A stretch of 64,000 bases of DNA from Methanosaeta sp. PtaU1.Bin060 (lineage in GTDB: Archaea > Halobacteriota > Methanosarcinia > Methanotrichales > Methanotrichaceae), in assembly GCA_002067365.1 (NCBI GenBank), contig MVRK01000028.1, positions 1,362 to 65,361 of the forward strand, in the 5' to 3' direction. The notes beneath the pieces are model-generated. The model was not told the origin of the DNA. It saw only the letters and a program-made list of their open reading frames with translations, and ran no database searches. Shown piece after piece: positions 16,885-27,411 of this stretch (within the stretch, counting starts at the first letter, position 1; each line of letters begins with the position of its first letter). A program made the translations under genes and the position numbers.

Positions 16885-17793
16885 TCATACGCCGAGGGCC
16901 AGGCGCAAAGTGTTTCTCAGGGCTGGCGCGAGGCCCAGGGTGATCAACGTCAGCTTCGTGAGGTTTCTTAAGGATGGGTCCTCGATGTAGCTGTCGATGA
17001 TTTTCAGCAGGGGCAGAAGGATCAGCAGCTTCAGGGGGTACATGATCGCAGCGGTGCCCACGAGGTCTATGAGAAAGGTTGGGACGACATGCTTCTCGTA
17101 GTAACCGAACCAGTCCATGCCGACATAGGTCGAGCTGGCGTCGAGCATATGGGCATAGAGTATCATGAGGTTGAACCTATCATCCAGGAAGTCGAGCCAG
17201 GGCAGTCGAAGGCGCAGGATGAGCAGGACGCCAGTCAGGGCCGAGCCCAAGGAGAAGACTGCCGCGATGACCCAGGCGTTCCTGAAGCCTGCTGAAGATA
17301 AAAGGGCCAGGTTGATGGCGGTCCAGATCAGGCCGAGGGCTGCGTAGCCCCTGTAGAAATCATTTCCAAGGACCCTCCTCGTCAGGAGAAGGCAGGCTGC
17401 AGTCACAAAAAAAACCAGGAAGAAGATGAGGGGCGTGATAAGAAGATAGCTCGCAGGGGGCATGACGAGATCTGCATCCTCTATCACCCTGAGGCTCGAG
17501 CCGGCCAGAACATAGGGGATGGTGCAGACGACCAATCGCTCGTCGATCCTGATGTTCAGGCGGCGAAATAGCCCCAATAACCCCAGGACTGCGAGTCCCA
17601 GGACAATCGCCCATGTGAGGGTATCGACGGGATTGTAGGACGTATCGAGGATAATAGGGTCAATGTAATATCTGCGGACGAAATCGCCGATAGATGCAAA
17701 GATCTCAAGATGGCTCACAGCGCCGGAGGATGTCCCGCTCTCCAAGAGTATCCCAGTGCCCGAAGAGATCATCCTGGGTGATTTGCCGGACAT
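16885..17793 (-). CDS. Polytopic membrane protein (DUF63-like)
   Basis: About 7 hydrophobic segments. The FVRRYYIDPI...YNPVDTLTWAIVLG N-terminus resembles the archaeal DUF63 family, recalled from memory. Confidence 0.45.
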   Translation of the reverse strand: MSGKSPRMISSGTGILLESGTSSGAVSHLEIFASIGDFVRRYYIDPIILDTSYNPVDTLTWAIVLGLAVLGLLGLFRRLNIRIDERLVVCTIPYVLAGSSLRVIEDADLVMPPASYLLITPLIFFLVFFVTAACLLLTRRVLGNDFYRGYAALGLIWTAINLALLSSAGFRNAWVIAAVFSLGSALTGVLLILRLRLPWLDFLDDRFNLMILYAHMLDASSTYVGMDWFGYYEKHVVPTFLIDLVGTAAIMYPLKLLILLPLLKIIDSYIEDPSLRNLTKLTLITLGLAPALRNTLRLALGV

Positions 17794-17842
17794 GGTATTT
17801 CTAGCTTCTTCGCGCTTCCAAAATTCGTTGCGGCTGCGGAAA

Positions 17843-17853
17843 GTATTTATATC
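17843..17853 (+). promoter_or_regulatory. BRE/TATA-like box for psmB
   Basis: GAAAGTATTTATATC lies about 55 nt upstream of the psmB ATG. Confidence 0.4.
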
Positions 17854-17905
17854 GTAGGGGAAAAGGACATTCTGTCCGTTTTCCGATTTTAGTTGAGGTA
17901 ATTAG

Positions 17906-18526
17906 ATGGTCGAGGTGTTCAAAGGTACAACCACGGTAGGTGTACTCTGTGATGGAGGTGTGGTCCTTGCATCGGAGAGCCGTGCTACCATGGGAAGCTT
18001 CATCGCTAGCAGCACAGCCAAGAAGATCTATCAGGTGGACGACCTGGTGGGCCTGACCACTGCAGGCGTGGTCGGAGATGCGCAGTCTCTCGTCCGGATG
18101 ATACAGGTCGAGGCTAGGCTTTACAGGATGCAGAGGGGTGAGCCCATGACTGTGAAGGCCCTGACATCGATGCTCTCGAATGTGCTTGCCTCCAGGAGAT
18201 ATTACCCATTCATGGTGCAGCTCATCGTGGGAGGCATGGACAGGTACGGCCCGAAGATCTACTCTCTGGATGCCCTGGGCGGCCAGATCGAGGAGAAGAA
18301 GATAGTCTCCACAGGGTCCGGCTCGCCCATCGCCTACGGCGTTCTCGAAGCCATGTACCGCCCGGGCCTTGACATCAAGGAGGGGACTGTGCTGGCTGCG
18401 AGGGCGATTCACAACGCCATGAAGAGGGATTCGGCTTCAGGCGATAAGATCGAGCTTGTTCGGATCACCAATAAGTACGAGGAGGTTGGCGAACAAGAGC
18501 TTAAGGAGATAATGTCGCTCCTCTAA
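17906..18526 (+). CDS. psmB: Proteasome subunit beta
   Basis: A short propeptide is followed by GTTTVG (active-site Thr), then GDAQ and GSGS motifs. Confidence 0.9.
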   Translation: MVEVFKGTTTVGVLCDGGVVLASESRATMGSFIASSTAKKIYQVDDLVGLTTAGVVGDAQSLVRMIQVEARLYRMQRGEPMTVKALTSMLSNVLASRRYYPFMVQLIVGGMDRYGPKIYSLDALGGQIEEKKIVSTGSGSPIAYGVLEAMYRPGLDIKEGTVLAARAIHNAMKRDSASGDKIELVRITNKYEEVGEQELKEIMSLL

Positions 18527-18545
18527 CTTTTTTGGATGTGTTCTA

Positions 18546-20453
18546 TTGTCGGTAGAAGAAGTGCTTTTTGAGCTTAAACGCAAGGTGCAGAGCAAGCTGC
18601 CCCCTGACATCAACGTCACTGGACTGGAGTTCGAGGGACCTGAGCTGGTCATCTACACGGACGACCCACGCAGGCTGGCCGACGACGGCGAGATCATCAG
18701 AAATCTCGCCAAGGAGCTGCGAAAGAGGGTTGTGGTCAGGCCTGATCTGAAGGTCCTGGTCGATCCCGAGCAGGCGATAGTCAAGATCCAGGAGGTGGTG
18801 CCGAAGGAGGCTGTCCTCACCAACTACTACTTCGACGGCGAGACCGGCGAGGTGCAGATCGAGGCTGAGAAGCCGGGGCTCGTGATAGGGCGGCACGGCG
18901 CAACGCTGCGCGAGATCACAAAGCTGATAGGCTGGACTCCCAAGGTGGTCAGGACACCGCCCGTCCGCTCGTCCACCATCACCAATATCAAGGATTATCT
19001 GCGAAGCGTCCAGACTGAGCGCAAGAACATCCTTAGGACTGTGGGGCGCAAGATCCACAGGGACATCGCATCGAAGGACCAGTGGATCAGGATCACCACC
19101 CTCGGAGGCTGTCGTGAGGTTGGAAGATCGTGCATGCTCCTGTCCACACCCGAGTCGAGGATCATCATCGACTGCGGCATCAACGTAGGCTCTGATGATT
19201 CTGCAACGCCTTATCTCTATGTTCCAGAGGTCTATCCGCTCAATCAGATAGACGCTGTGGTGCTGACGCATGCTCACCTCGACCATGCAGGCCTCGTGCC
19301 CATGCTCTACAAGTACGGATACGAGGGGCCGATATACTGTACTTCGCCGACAAGAGACCTGGTCGTCTTGCTGCAGCTGGACTACATCGAGGTGGCAGGG
19401 CGAGAGGGCAAGCGATTGCCCTATGACTCCAGCATGATCCGCGAGGCTCTGAAGCATACCATCACGCTCAACTACGGGGACGTCACCGACATCGCACCCG
19501 ACACAAAGCTCACCATGCACAACGCAGGGCACATCCTGGGCTCCTCCATTGCGCACTTCCACATCGGAGAGGGGCTCTATAATGTGGCCTTCACAGGCGA
19601 CTTCAAGTTCGAGAGGACAAGGCTCTTCGACCCGGCAGTCTGCAATTTTCCGCGCCTGGAGACTCTCGTGACCGAGGCCACCTATGGAGGCGCAAACAGC
19701 CTTCAGCCCTCTCGCAAGGAGGCTGAGATCAACCTTCTCAGGGTCGTCAAGGAGACCATCAAGAAGGGGGGCAAGGTGCTGATCCCGGCCTTCTCAGTGG
19801 GCCGGAGCCAGGAGGTGATGGTCGTGCTCGAGGAGGCGATAAGAAAGAAGGTCATCGATGAGGTGCCAGTCTATCTGGACGGCATGATCTACGAGGCCAC
19901 TGCGATTCACACCACCTACCCTGAGTACCTGAACAACGACCTCCGGGACCTCATCTTCCACAAGGGGATCAACCCCTTCCTGGCAGAGTGCTTCGTCCAG
20001 GTGGAGACCCCCAAGCAGAGGACGGAGGTCATCGAAGGGCCTCCTTGCGTGGTCCTGGCAACGAGCGGAATGCTCAACGGCGGGCCGATCCTCGAGTACC
20101 TGAAGCGCCTCGGCCCCGACGAGAGGAACATGCTCGTGATAGTGGGATATCAGGCAGAAGGGACTCTGGGCCGCCGCATCCAGAAGGGCTGGAAGGAGCT
20201 GCCTCTCTCGGTCGAAGGCAAGACCCAGACGGTGAAGATCAACCTGGATGTGACGACTGTGGACGGCTTCTCGGGCCACTCCGACCGCCAGCAGCTCATG
20301 GAGTACATGCGCAGGATCTATCCCAAGCCCGGAAGGGTTCTGACCAACCACGGCGAGGAGGGAAACTGTCTCGATCTGGCGAGTTCCATATACAAGAGAT
20401 ACAGGATCCCGACGATGGCGCCGATGAACCTGGAGACCATCAGGCTGATTTGA
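18546..20453 (+). CDS. aCPSF1 / FttA beta-CASP ribonuclease with N-terminal KH domains
   Basis: KH-like N-terminus ([15 protein letters not shown]), metallo-beta-lactamase motif (HAHLDHAG) and beta-CASP motifs. 635 aa. Apparent TTG start 19 nt after psmB. Confidence 0.85.
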   Translation: MSVEEVLFELKRKVQSKLPPDINVTGLEFEGPELVIYTDDPRRLADDGEIIRNLAKELRKRVVVRPDLKVLVDPEQAIVKIQEVVPKEAVLTNYYFDGETGEVQIEAEKPGLVIGRHGATLREITKLIGWTPKVVRTPPVRSSTITNIKDYLRSVQTERKNILRTVGRKIHRDIASKDQWIRITTLGGCREVGRSCMLLSTPESRIIIDCGINVGSDDSATPYLYVPEVYPLNQIDAVVLTHAHLDHAGLVPMLYKYGYEGPIYCTSPTRDLVVLLQLDYIEVAGREGKRLPYDSSMIREALKHTITLNYGDVTDIAPDTKLTMHNAGHILGSSIAHFHIGEGLYNVAFTGDFKFERTRLFDPAVCNFPRLETLVTEATYGGANSLQPSRKEAEINLLRVVKETIKKGGKVLIPAFSVGRSQEVMVVLEEAIRKKVIDEVPVYLDGMIYEATAIHTTYPEYLNNDLRDLIFHKGINPFLAECFVQVETPKQRTEVIEGPPCVVLATSGMLNGGPILEYLKRLGPDERNMLVIVGYQAEGTLGRRIQKGWKELPLSVEGKTQTVKINLDVTTVDGFSGHSDRQQLMEYMRRIYPKPGRVLTNHGEEGNCLDLASSIYKRYRIPTMAPMNLETIRLI

Positions 20454-20593
20454 GAGAAGAGCTGCGGCCATGCCATAGGATCTGCCAAAAAGCGATGCTA
20501 GGTTTTCCGGCACGAATGGCGTGGCGACAATTGTTCCTCAAAAGCTTTATCAAATTTGAGAGAAATTGAGATAATGATCATGAGAGGTTCTTT

Positions 20594-21112
20594 GTGACAG
20601 GAAAGAGAACTCGAATCATTAATGATCCCTCAGATCTGGTTCCTCTGCTCCAGGTCTTCGGCTCCAGCGTCCACAAGAAGGTCTTCGATGAGCTGAGCCA
20701 AGAGTGGCGCACTGAGCGTGAGCTGGCCGCCCTGGTGGGCGACGAAGCTCTTGTTCACAAGAGCGTAGCACTTCTTCGCAAGAGCGGCCTGGTCGAGACC
20801 AAGTGGAGGGTGCCTGAGCCCGGAGCAAGCCCAGAGAAGGAGTATCATTCCACCTACTCCAGGGTGCAGGCAAGCTTTGGGGCATCTATGGAGGACTTGT
20901 CTGAGCTCATAAGCTTGACATTTATGTCCGATGAGGAGCTGCGGCCCGTGGCCGAAGGCCTGCAAAAGCAGGTTCGAAGCGGCAACACTTCCCTGTCCAA
21001 CCTCTCCCGCGAACTCGGATTATCCCAGATATTCATTCGAGGCGCTGCCAAGAGAGCCGAGGGCCTGACAGTGCGTGGCCAGCGCATCGAGCGCTATGAT
21101 GAGGAGTACTGA
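20594..21112 (+). CDS. ArsR-like winged-helix protein
   Basis: KKVFDELSQEWRTERELAALVGDEALVHKSVALLRKSGLVETKW is a wHTH pattern. Apparent GTG start. Confidence 0.55.
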   Translation: MTGKRTRIINDPSDLVPLLQVFGSSVHKKVFDELSQEWRTERELAALVGDEALVHKSVALLRKSGLVETKWRVPEPGASPEKEYHSTYSRVQASFGASMEDLSELISLTFMSDEELRPVAEGLQKQVRSGNTSLSNLSRELGLSQIFIRGAAKRAEGLTVRGQRIERYDEEY

Positions 21113-21113
21113 G

Positions 21114-21902
21114 ATGGCGAATGTCCTTCAGAGCAAACGCGAAAGCTCTCGCTTTCAGATCCTGGTCGAGATTGCTGCCCACCAGCCAAACCTGCGGCAA
21201 AAAGAGGTGGCTGAGAGCCTGGGTGTCACACCGCAAGCGATATCGGAGTACATCAAGGAGCTGGTGGCGGACGGCCTGGTCAGCACCGACGGGCGAATGC
21301 GGTACAACATCACCAAAGAGGGCGTTGAGTGGCTGCTGGAGAGCGCAGCCGAGCTGAAGCGCTATGCGCGCGTCGTGATGGAGGACATCATAAGCCATGT
21401 CTCTGTCTGGACAGCGCTGGCTGAGATAGATCTGGTCGAGGGCGAGCGGGTCTCCCTGGAGATGAGGGGCGGATTGCTCTATGCCAACAAGAATGCCGGA
21501 GTCGAGGCGAGCGGTGTAGCTATCTCCAGCGCCAAGGCGGGAGAGGATATCGGCATATCAGACCTGCGGGGCCTGATCAGCCTTGAGGAGGGGAGGGTCA
21601 CTGTCTGCAAGGTGCCGCGCGTGCAGCTCGGTGGCTCGAGGAAGGTGGACCAAAAGCATCTCAGAGAGCTGCTCAACCAGGAGATCAAGGTAGGTGCCCT
21701 GGGGATTGAGGCTCTTGTGACACTCCGGAAGGCGGGGCGAGAGCCTGATGTGCTCTTCGGCGCAAAGGAGTCTGCTGTCGAGTCGGCCCATCATGGAGTC
21801 AGCATGCTCGTGGTAAGCGTGGATGAGCAGGTGCCAAGCCTCTTGAACCGCCTGGAGTCCGAGGGCCTGAAATACGAGCTTATCGACCTCACTGCCGGAT
21901 GA
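21114..21902 (+). CDS. Winged-helix transcriptional regulator with a C-terminal domain (COG1497-like)
   Basis: RFQILVEIAAHQPNLRQKEVAESLGVTPQAISEYIKELVADGLV is an HTH. ATG at 21114, immediately after the previous stop. The stop overlaps the helicase start as ATGA. Confidence 0.6.
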   Translation: MANVLQSKRESSRFQILVEIAAHQPNLRQKEVAESLGVTPQAISEYIKELVADGLVSTDGRMRYNITKEGVEWLLESAAELKRYARVVMEDIISHVSVWTALAEIDLVEGERVSLEMRGGLLYANKNAGVEASGVAISSAKAGEDIGISDLRGLISLEEGRVTVCKVPRVQLGGSRKVDQKHLRELLNQEIKVGALGIEALVTLRKAGREPDVLFGAKESAVESAHHGVSMLVVSVDEQVPSLLNRLESEGLKYELIDLTAG

Positions 21903-24337
21903 CTTTTCAGGTTTTAGCGCGGGCGGACAAATCGCGCATTCTGCTGCTGCCCCAGAGCGGCAGCAAGACGCTCTTCGAGGGGCACCTGCGGCTCAAGGAT
22001 ATGCCCCAGGGGCCGAGGGTCTTCAAGTTCCTGGTGAAGAGGGAGAAAGAGGCCGAGAGGTATCTGCCCCCTGAAGATGCGCTTCGGATGCTGCGAAAGG
22101 CGAGCGCTATCTACCTCGCCAGGGGCGATTCTCTTCTTGAGAAGAAGTTCATAGAGCTTCTTGATGCCTACCAGCTGGGCCACAGATTCGTGCAGGTCTG
22201 CGGCCACTGTCTGGGCGAGAGGCGAGTGACATACGTCGGCAGGGACGCCATAACCTACAAAGGGGCGAGGATCTGCGAGAACTGCGCCGCAGCTGAGCTG
22301 CTCAGGGAGGCTGACTTCCGGGGACTCAGCCGCCCGGCGAAGGCCCATCTGGCCCGCATCCTGAAGACTAGGCGCAACCTGGACGAGGTCGTGGGACTGC
22401 TCAGCCTGGAGAGGCTGGAGCCTGATCTCACCAGGTTCGATATCATCCCCGCCAGCAGAGAGGAGCCCACCCTGGATCTGGAGACGATCGAGCTTCCTCA
22501 GGCGCTGAAGGAGCATATGAGAAAGAGGCTCACAAAGCTTCTGCCGGTCCAGTCCAGATCTGTGCAGGCCGGCCTTCTGGAGGGCAGGGACCAGCTGGTG
22601 GTCTCGGCGACTGCCACGGGCAAGAGCCTGATCGGCGAGATGGCGGGCATAAAAAACCTGATCGAGGACAAGGGTAAGTTGCTGTTTCTGGTTCCTCTCG
22701 TGGCCCTGGCCAACCAGAAGTTCGACCAGCTATCCGGTTACTCCAAGCTGGGCTTCCAGACATCGATTCGCGTGGGTGTCAGTCGAATCCGCCTAGGCCG
22801 AGCCCGCAAGATCCCTCAGGGCCTGAACGCCGATATCATCGCAGGGACATACGAGGGTATCGATCAGGTCATACGCACAAGGAAGAGCCTGGGGAAGGTG
22901 GGAACTGTGGTGATCGATGAGGTCCATATGCTGGAGGATGCCGAACGGGGCCACAGGCTGGCGGGACTGATCGCGCGCCTGCGCCTCGCAGCCCCCCATG
23001 CACAGTTCATCTTTCTATCGGCCACAGTGGGAAATCCCGCGGCCTTAGCGCGGCGGCTGGGGGCGAGGCTGGTCGAGTATGAGGTGCGGCCAGTGCCGAT
23101 CGAGAGGCATCTGATCTTCTCCTCGGGCGGAGAAAAACGCAGGCTGATGCGCCAGCTCGTCAAAGATGCTCAGTCACTGACATCGAGCACGGGATACAGC
23201 GGCCAGACCATCATATTCACCAACTCAAGAAAGAACTGCTACGCTCTGGCGGACTCCATTCCGGGGGCCGCTGCCTATCACGCAGGCCTGCAGTACCCCG
23301 AGAGAAAGAGGATCGAGGAGCTATTCGGAGAGGGTAAGATCCACACTGTGGTGACCACAGCGGCCTTGGCGGCGGGCGTGGACTTCCCCGCGTCGCAGGT
23401 GATCTTCGAGTCCCTGGCGATGGGGATCGAGTGGCTGAATGTGCATGAGTTCAACCAGATGCTTGGCAGGGCCGGACGGCCCGGATATCACGACAAGGGC
23501 TTGGTCTACATCCTGGCAGAGCCTGGAAGAAAGTTCTCCTCTGCCAGGGGCGAGTCGGAGGACGAGGTCGCTCTGGCGCTGCTGCATGGCCAGATGGAGG
23601 ATGTGGCCCCGGAGTTCGAGGAGGCTCAGCAGCTCGAAGAGGTCCTGGCAAATGCAGTGGCCGCTCGATCGCGCAAGGAGCTGGATAATCTGCACCAGCT
23701 CACCCTCGGCCTAGACGACCTGGGCAGCGCCTTGAAGTCCTTGACAAAGGCCGGTCTCGTCAAGGGCGTCGAGCCGACGCTTTTGGGCGCAGCAGCCGCA
23801 GCCCACTTCCTCAGCCCTGAGGAGGTTGAGACGATCGCCAAAGAGCTTGACAGGGGGCGCTCGCCGCTTGATGTGGCTGTCACCCTGGAGAGCTTCGAGG
23901 ACCTGTACCTGAAGTTCGCAGAGAGGATCTCGACGACTCTGAGAATGCAGATCTCCCAGAAGGCGCTGCACGGCTCCTTCCTGGACCTGATCAACAGCGC
24001 TGATCTGCGGGAGCTGGAGAACAAGATCCAGAGGTACTGCCTGGACTTCGCCAGAGACTTCATGCGCTGCACCTGCCGGGAGGCTCCCTACTGCGGCTGC
24101 CCCGCCAGGAACATCTCGCTGCGGATCCTTGAGCTGAGAATGGAGGGGAAGTCGCCCCTGGATATCATCGAGGACTTCTCAGAGAGGTACGGGATGTACG
24201 CCTACCAGGGGGATCTGATCAACTGGCTGGACCAGATGGTGAGGTACCTGGAGGCGATCGAGGCTGTGGCCAAGGTGCTGGGGAAGACGGAGGCGGCGCA
24301 GGAGGCCGGGGAGACGAGGAAGAAGGTGGAGGGCTAG
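21899..24337 (+). CDS. Ski2-like DEVH-box helicase with an N-terminal C4 zinc finger (Eta/ASH-Ski2-like)
   Basis: Zinc finger CGHC...CENC, Walker A (SATATGKS), motif II (IDEVHML), motif VI (QMLGRAGRPG), and an extra C-terminal Cys cluster (CTCREAPYCGCP). 812 aa. Confidence 0.6.
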   Translation: MTFQVLARADKSRILLLPQSGSKTLFEGHLRLKDMPQGPRVFKFLVKREKEAERYLPPEDALRMLRKASAIYLARGDSLLEKKFIELLDAYQLGHRFVQVCGHCLGERRVTYVGRDAITYKGARICENCAAAELLREADFRGLSRPAKAHLARILKTRRNLDEVVGLLSLERLEPDLTRFDIIPASREEPTLDLETIELPQALKEHMRKRLTKLLPVQSRSVQAGLLEGRDQLVVSATATGKSLIGEMAGIKNLIEDKGKLLFLVPLVALANQKFDQLSGYSKLGFQTSIRVGVSRIRLGRARKIPQGLNADIIAGTYEGIDQVIRTRKSLGKVGTVVIDEVHMLEDAERGHRLAGLIARLRLAAPHAQFIFLSATVGNPAALARRLGARLVEYEVRPVPIERHLIFSSGGEKRRLMRQLVKDAQSLTSSTGYSGQTIIFTNSRKNCYALADSIPGAAAYHAGLQYPERKRIEELFGEGKIHTVVTTAALAAGVDFPASQVIFESLAMGIEWLNVHEFNQMLGRAGRPGYHDKGLVYILAEPGRKFSSARGESEDEVALALLHGQMEDVAPEFEEAQQLEEVLANAVAARSRKELDNLHQLTLGLDDLGSALKSLTKAGLVKGVEPTLLGAAAAAHFLSPEEVETIAKELDRGRSPLDVAVTLESFEDLYLKFAERISTTLRMQISQKALHGSFLDLINSADLRELENKIQRYCLDFARDFMRCTCREAPYCGCPARNISLRILELRMEGKSPLDIIEDFSERYGMYAYQGDLINWLDQMVRYLEAIEAVAKVLGKTEAAQEAGETRKKVEG

Positions 24338-24551
24338 ATAATCGATCTGCTTTAATTGCTTCCACCATGCCGAATTGAGCAATATGGCATAAATAGGGCA
24401 GGCCGCCCAGGTTTTATAGTCTCCGGTTTATTCATATATCACCCAAGATGTACTACAGTAAACTATTTTCTGAAATGTTAATGAAGAGATCGCCAAAGAA
24501 TCCAAGATGCAGCGAATCCGTAATCGCAGATGTTTAGGTTGACCGAAGGCC

Positions 24552-24560
24552 TTATATTTA
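24552..24560 (+). promoter_or_regulatory. TATA box of the DtxR-like gene (probably a leaderless mRNA)
   Basis: TTATATTTA ends 22 nt before the ATG at 24583. No Shine-Dalgarno sequence lies in between. Confidence 0.5.
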
Positions 24561-24582
24561 AGTCGAGAGCCTGGCTGATCTC

Positions 24583-25290
24583 ATGCCCAAAGAGCATGTA
24601 GAGGAGTACCTGGAGGCGGTCTTCGACATCGCAGGAAAGGACGGGACTGCCAAGACATCCAAGGTGGCGAAGAAGCTCCAGAACACTCCTGCCAGTGTGA
24701 CTGAGGTCTTCCAGAGCATGGCCCGAAACGGCCTGGTGCAGTACGAGCCCTACAAGGGCGTCTCCCTGACAGCAAAGGGGGCTGAGGCTGCCATCAAGAT
24801 CAAGAGAAAGCACAGGCTTCTGGAGGTATTCCTGGCTAAGGTTCTCCAGCTGGCTCCTGAAAAGGTCCATGATGAGGCATGCAGGATGGAGCATTGCGTC
24901 TCCGACGAGGTGAGCGACGCCATCTGCAGGCTTCTGAATGCTCCGGCTAGGTGTCCCGGCGGCGAGCTGATCTACCCCTGCGAGAAGGGAATTGAATCAT
25001 GCATGGAGTGCCAAAGGACAGCGGGCAGAAGCTCTTCGGGTGCCAAAAGAGATATTGTGCCGATAACCGACCTCAAGCCCTGTCAGAAGGGGACCATAGC
25101 CTTTCTCCGAGGTAGCCAGAAGGTGATTCAGAGGCTCTCCGACCTCGGACTGACGCCTGGAACAGAGGTCACCCTCAGGAGAAAGACGCCCATGGCAGGG
25201 CCCATCGAGGTCTGCGTTCGGAGGACATCCCTGGCAGTGGGACACGAGATCGCAGACAACATCTTCGTGGAGGCCCTGGGAGCCTGCTGA
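24583..25290 (+). CDS. DtxR/IdeR/MntR-family metal-dependent repressor with a C-terminal FeoA/SH3-like domain
   Basis: HVEEYLEAVFDI...LTAKGAEAAIKIKRKHRLLEVFL...CRMEH carries the DtxR HTH and metal-site helices. The C-terminal GTIAFLRG...RLSDLGLTPGTEVTL is FeoA-like. Confidence 0.8.
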   Translation: MPKEHVEEYLEAVFDIAGKDGTAKTSKVAKKLQNTPASVTEVFQSMARNGLVQYEPYKGVSLTAKGAEAAIKIKRKHRLLEVFLAKVLQLAPEKVHDEACRMEHCVSDEVSDAICRLLNAPARCPGGELIYPCEKGIESCMECQRTAGRSSSGAKRDIVPITDLKPCQKGTIAFLRGSQKVIQRLSDLGLTPGTEVTLRRKTPMAGPIEVCVRRTSLAVGHEIADNIFVEALGAC

Positions 25291-25291
25291 T

Positions 25292-27274
25292 ATGATAGGA
25301 TTTCCAGGGACTCGATCCACTTCCTCTTTTTCGTCCTCCTCCAAGAGGGGCTGCAAAGATGTCGATCTAGTAGTGGCCTTGGCTGGAAACGCCAACGTGG
25401 GGAAGAGCGCCGTCTTCAACCAGCTCACAGGCGTGGACCAGATAGTCGGCAACTGGCCGGGAAAGACAGTCGAGAGGGCCGAGGGGACTCTGCAGTATCA
25501 TGGAAGGACTATCAGGGTGATCGACCTGCCGGGAATCTACTCCTTCTCCACCTACTCGATGGAGGAGCTGGTCTCAAGGGATTTCATCGCCCTCGAGAGG
25601 CCTGACATAGTCGTCAACGTGGTGGACGCCTCGGCCCTCGAGAGAAACCTGTTCTTCACTGTCCAGCTGCTTGAGCTGGAGGCAAATCTGATCGTCGCCC
25701 TGAACCAGATCGACCTCATGGAGAAGAAGGGGATCTCCATCGACTACAAGAAGCTGGAGGAGATCCTCGGAGTCCCTGTCGTTCCCACTGTAGCGACGAA
25801 GGGAAAGGGCATCTCAGAGCTGACTGAGGGAATTGTCGGCCTGGCAGATCATAGAAGGGTCCCTCCTGCGATCAGGTACGGACGGGAGGTGGAAGACAGA
25901 ATAGAGTCCCTCGTATCCCTGCTGGACAAGATCGAGATCGGCTATCCTCGCAGATGGCTGGCCATAAAGCTTCTGGAGAGGGACGAGGCGATCACGAAGC
26001 ACATCGCTGCCACTGACCCGAGAATTGTGCGGGCGGCAGAGGATCTAGCAAAGGAGATCGAGAGGATCCACGGAGAGCCAAGCGGCGTGGTCATAAGCGC
26101 CGAGAGATATAAGATCGCCGACGAGATCGCGAGAGAAGTTCAGATGATCCGCACATACGAGGATACCCTCACCGACAGGCTCGACAGGATAGCGCTTCAT
26201 CCAGTCCTCGGATATGTGGCGATAGTGGCTGTGATCGGCGGGCTTCTGGCCTGGACTTTCATTGTGGGGGCCTGGATCTCAGGGATCCTCTCCCTGGCCT
26301 TCAACTCCATCGAGCAGTTTGAGCCAGTCGTCTCAGGCCCCATCGGGGACATCCTCTGGAACGGGGCGTTCACAGGCTTTGTTGCAGGAGTGACACTGGT
26401 CATCCCCTATGTGCTGCCCTTCTACATCATCCTGGCAGTGATCGAGAACTCAGGGTACCTGACCAGGATCTCCCTGATGCTCGACCGCGGGATGCATAAG
26501 CTGGGGCTGCACGGAAAGGCGATAATTCCCCTGATCCTGGGATACGGCTGCAATGTGCCTGCCTGCTTCTCCTGCAGGATCATGGAGACCCCAAAGCAGA
26601 AGCTTATAGCGGCTTTTCTCGTCACCCTCGTCCCCTGCACAGCCAGGACTGTCGTGATCCTGGGGCTGGTGGCGGCCTTCGTCGGGGTCTGGTGGGCGGT
26701 GGGCCTCTACGTCCTGGACATAATCCTCATAATAATCCTCGGGAGGATCGCCTTCAAGATCATTCCAGGGGAGTCCGTCGGCCTCATCATGGAGATGCCC
26801 AGCTACCATGTCCCCTCGGCAAAGGTCGTACTGAAGCAGACCTGGGCCAGGACGAAGTCGCTCCTGTGGATAGTCTTCCCGGCTTACATCATCGGCAGCG
26901 CTGTCCTCCAGGCGATATATGCTGCAGGATGGCTGAATCCTGTCAACAGCGTCCTTGGCGCTATCACAGTCGATTGGCTTGGGCTTCCTGCAGTAGTCGG
27001 CATCCTCCTCATCTTCGGGATAGTGAGAAAGGAGCTGACGATACTGATGCTGGCTGTCATATTCCAGACCACAGACTTCGCGGAGGTCATGTCTCCTGTC
27101 CAGCTCATCGTCCTGGCGCTGGTGACGATGATCTACATTCCCTGTCTGGCCACGATCCTGAGCCTGGCAAAGGAATTCGGATGGAGGAAGGCATCAGCTA
27201 TAACCGTCTTCGAGGTGGCCTTCTCGATCTTCCTCGGAGGGATTGCGTTTAGGCTGCTGAGCTTGATCATGTAG
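25292..27274 (+). CDS. feoB: Ferrous iron transporter FeoB
   Basis: G-domain motifs VALAGNANVGKSAVFNQLTG and DLPG, followed by a polytopic permease domain. 660 aa; the true start may be a little downstream. Confidence 0.9.
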   Translation: MIGFPGTRSTSSFSSSSKRGCKDVDLVVALAGNANVGKSAVFNQLTGVDQIVGNWPGKTVERAEGTLQYHGRTIRVIDLPGIYSFSTYSMEELVSRDFIALERPDIVVNVVDASALERNLFFTVQLLELEANLIVALNQIDLMEKKGISIDYKKLEEILGVPVVPTVATKGKGISELTEGIVGLADHRRVPPAIRYGREVEDRIESLVSLLDKIEIGYPRRWLAIKLLERDEAITKHIAATDPRIVRAAEDLAKEIERIHGEPSGVVISAERYKIADEIAREVQMIRTYEDTLTDRLDRIALHPVLGYVAIVAVIGGLLAWTFIVGAWISGILSLAFNSIEQFEPVVSGPIGDILWNGAFTGFVAGVTLVIPYVLPFYIILAVIENSGYLTRISLMLDRGMHKLGLHGKAIIPLILGYGCNVPACFSCRIMETPKQKLIAAFLVTLVPCTARTVVILGLVAAFVGVWWAVGLYVLDIILIIILGRIAFKIIPGESVGLIMEMPSYHVPSAKVVLKQTWARTKSLLWIVFPAYIIGSAVLQAIYAAGWLNPVNSVLGAITVDWLGLPAVVGILLIFGIVRKELTILMLAVIFQTTDFAEVMSPVQLIVLALVTMIYIPCLATILSLAKEFGWRKASAITVFEVAFSIFLGGIAFRLLSLIM

Positions 27275-27411
27275 GCTCAGTCCCAGGAGATCGTATCCTG
27301 ACAATAGATAACCATAGCTGAGATCGCCCCAGTGCATCATAACAGTTTTAAATTTTATATCTTGTACCCGATGGGCATTATTCAAAATTGCAAAATTAAT
27401 GCTATGATGCG

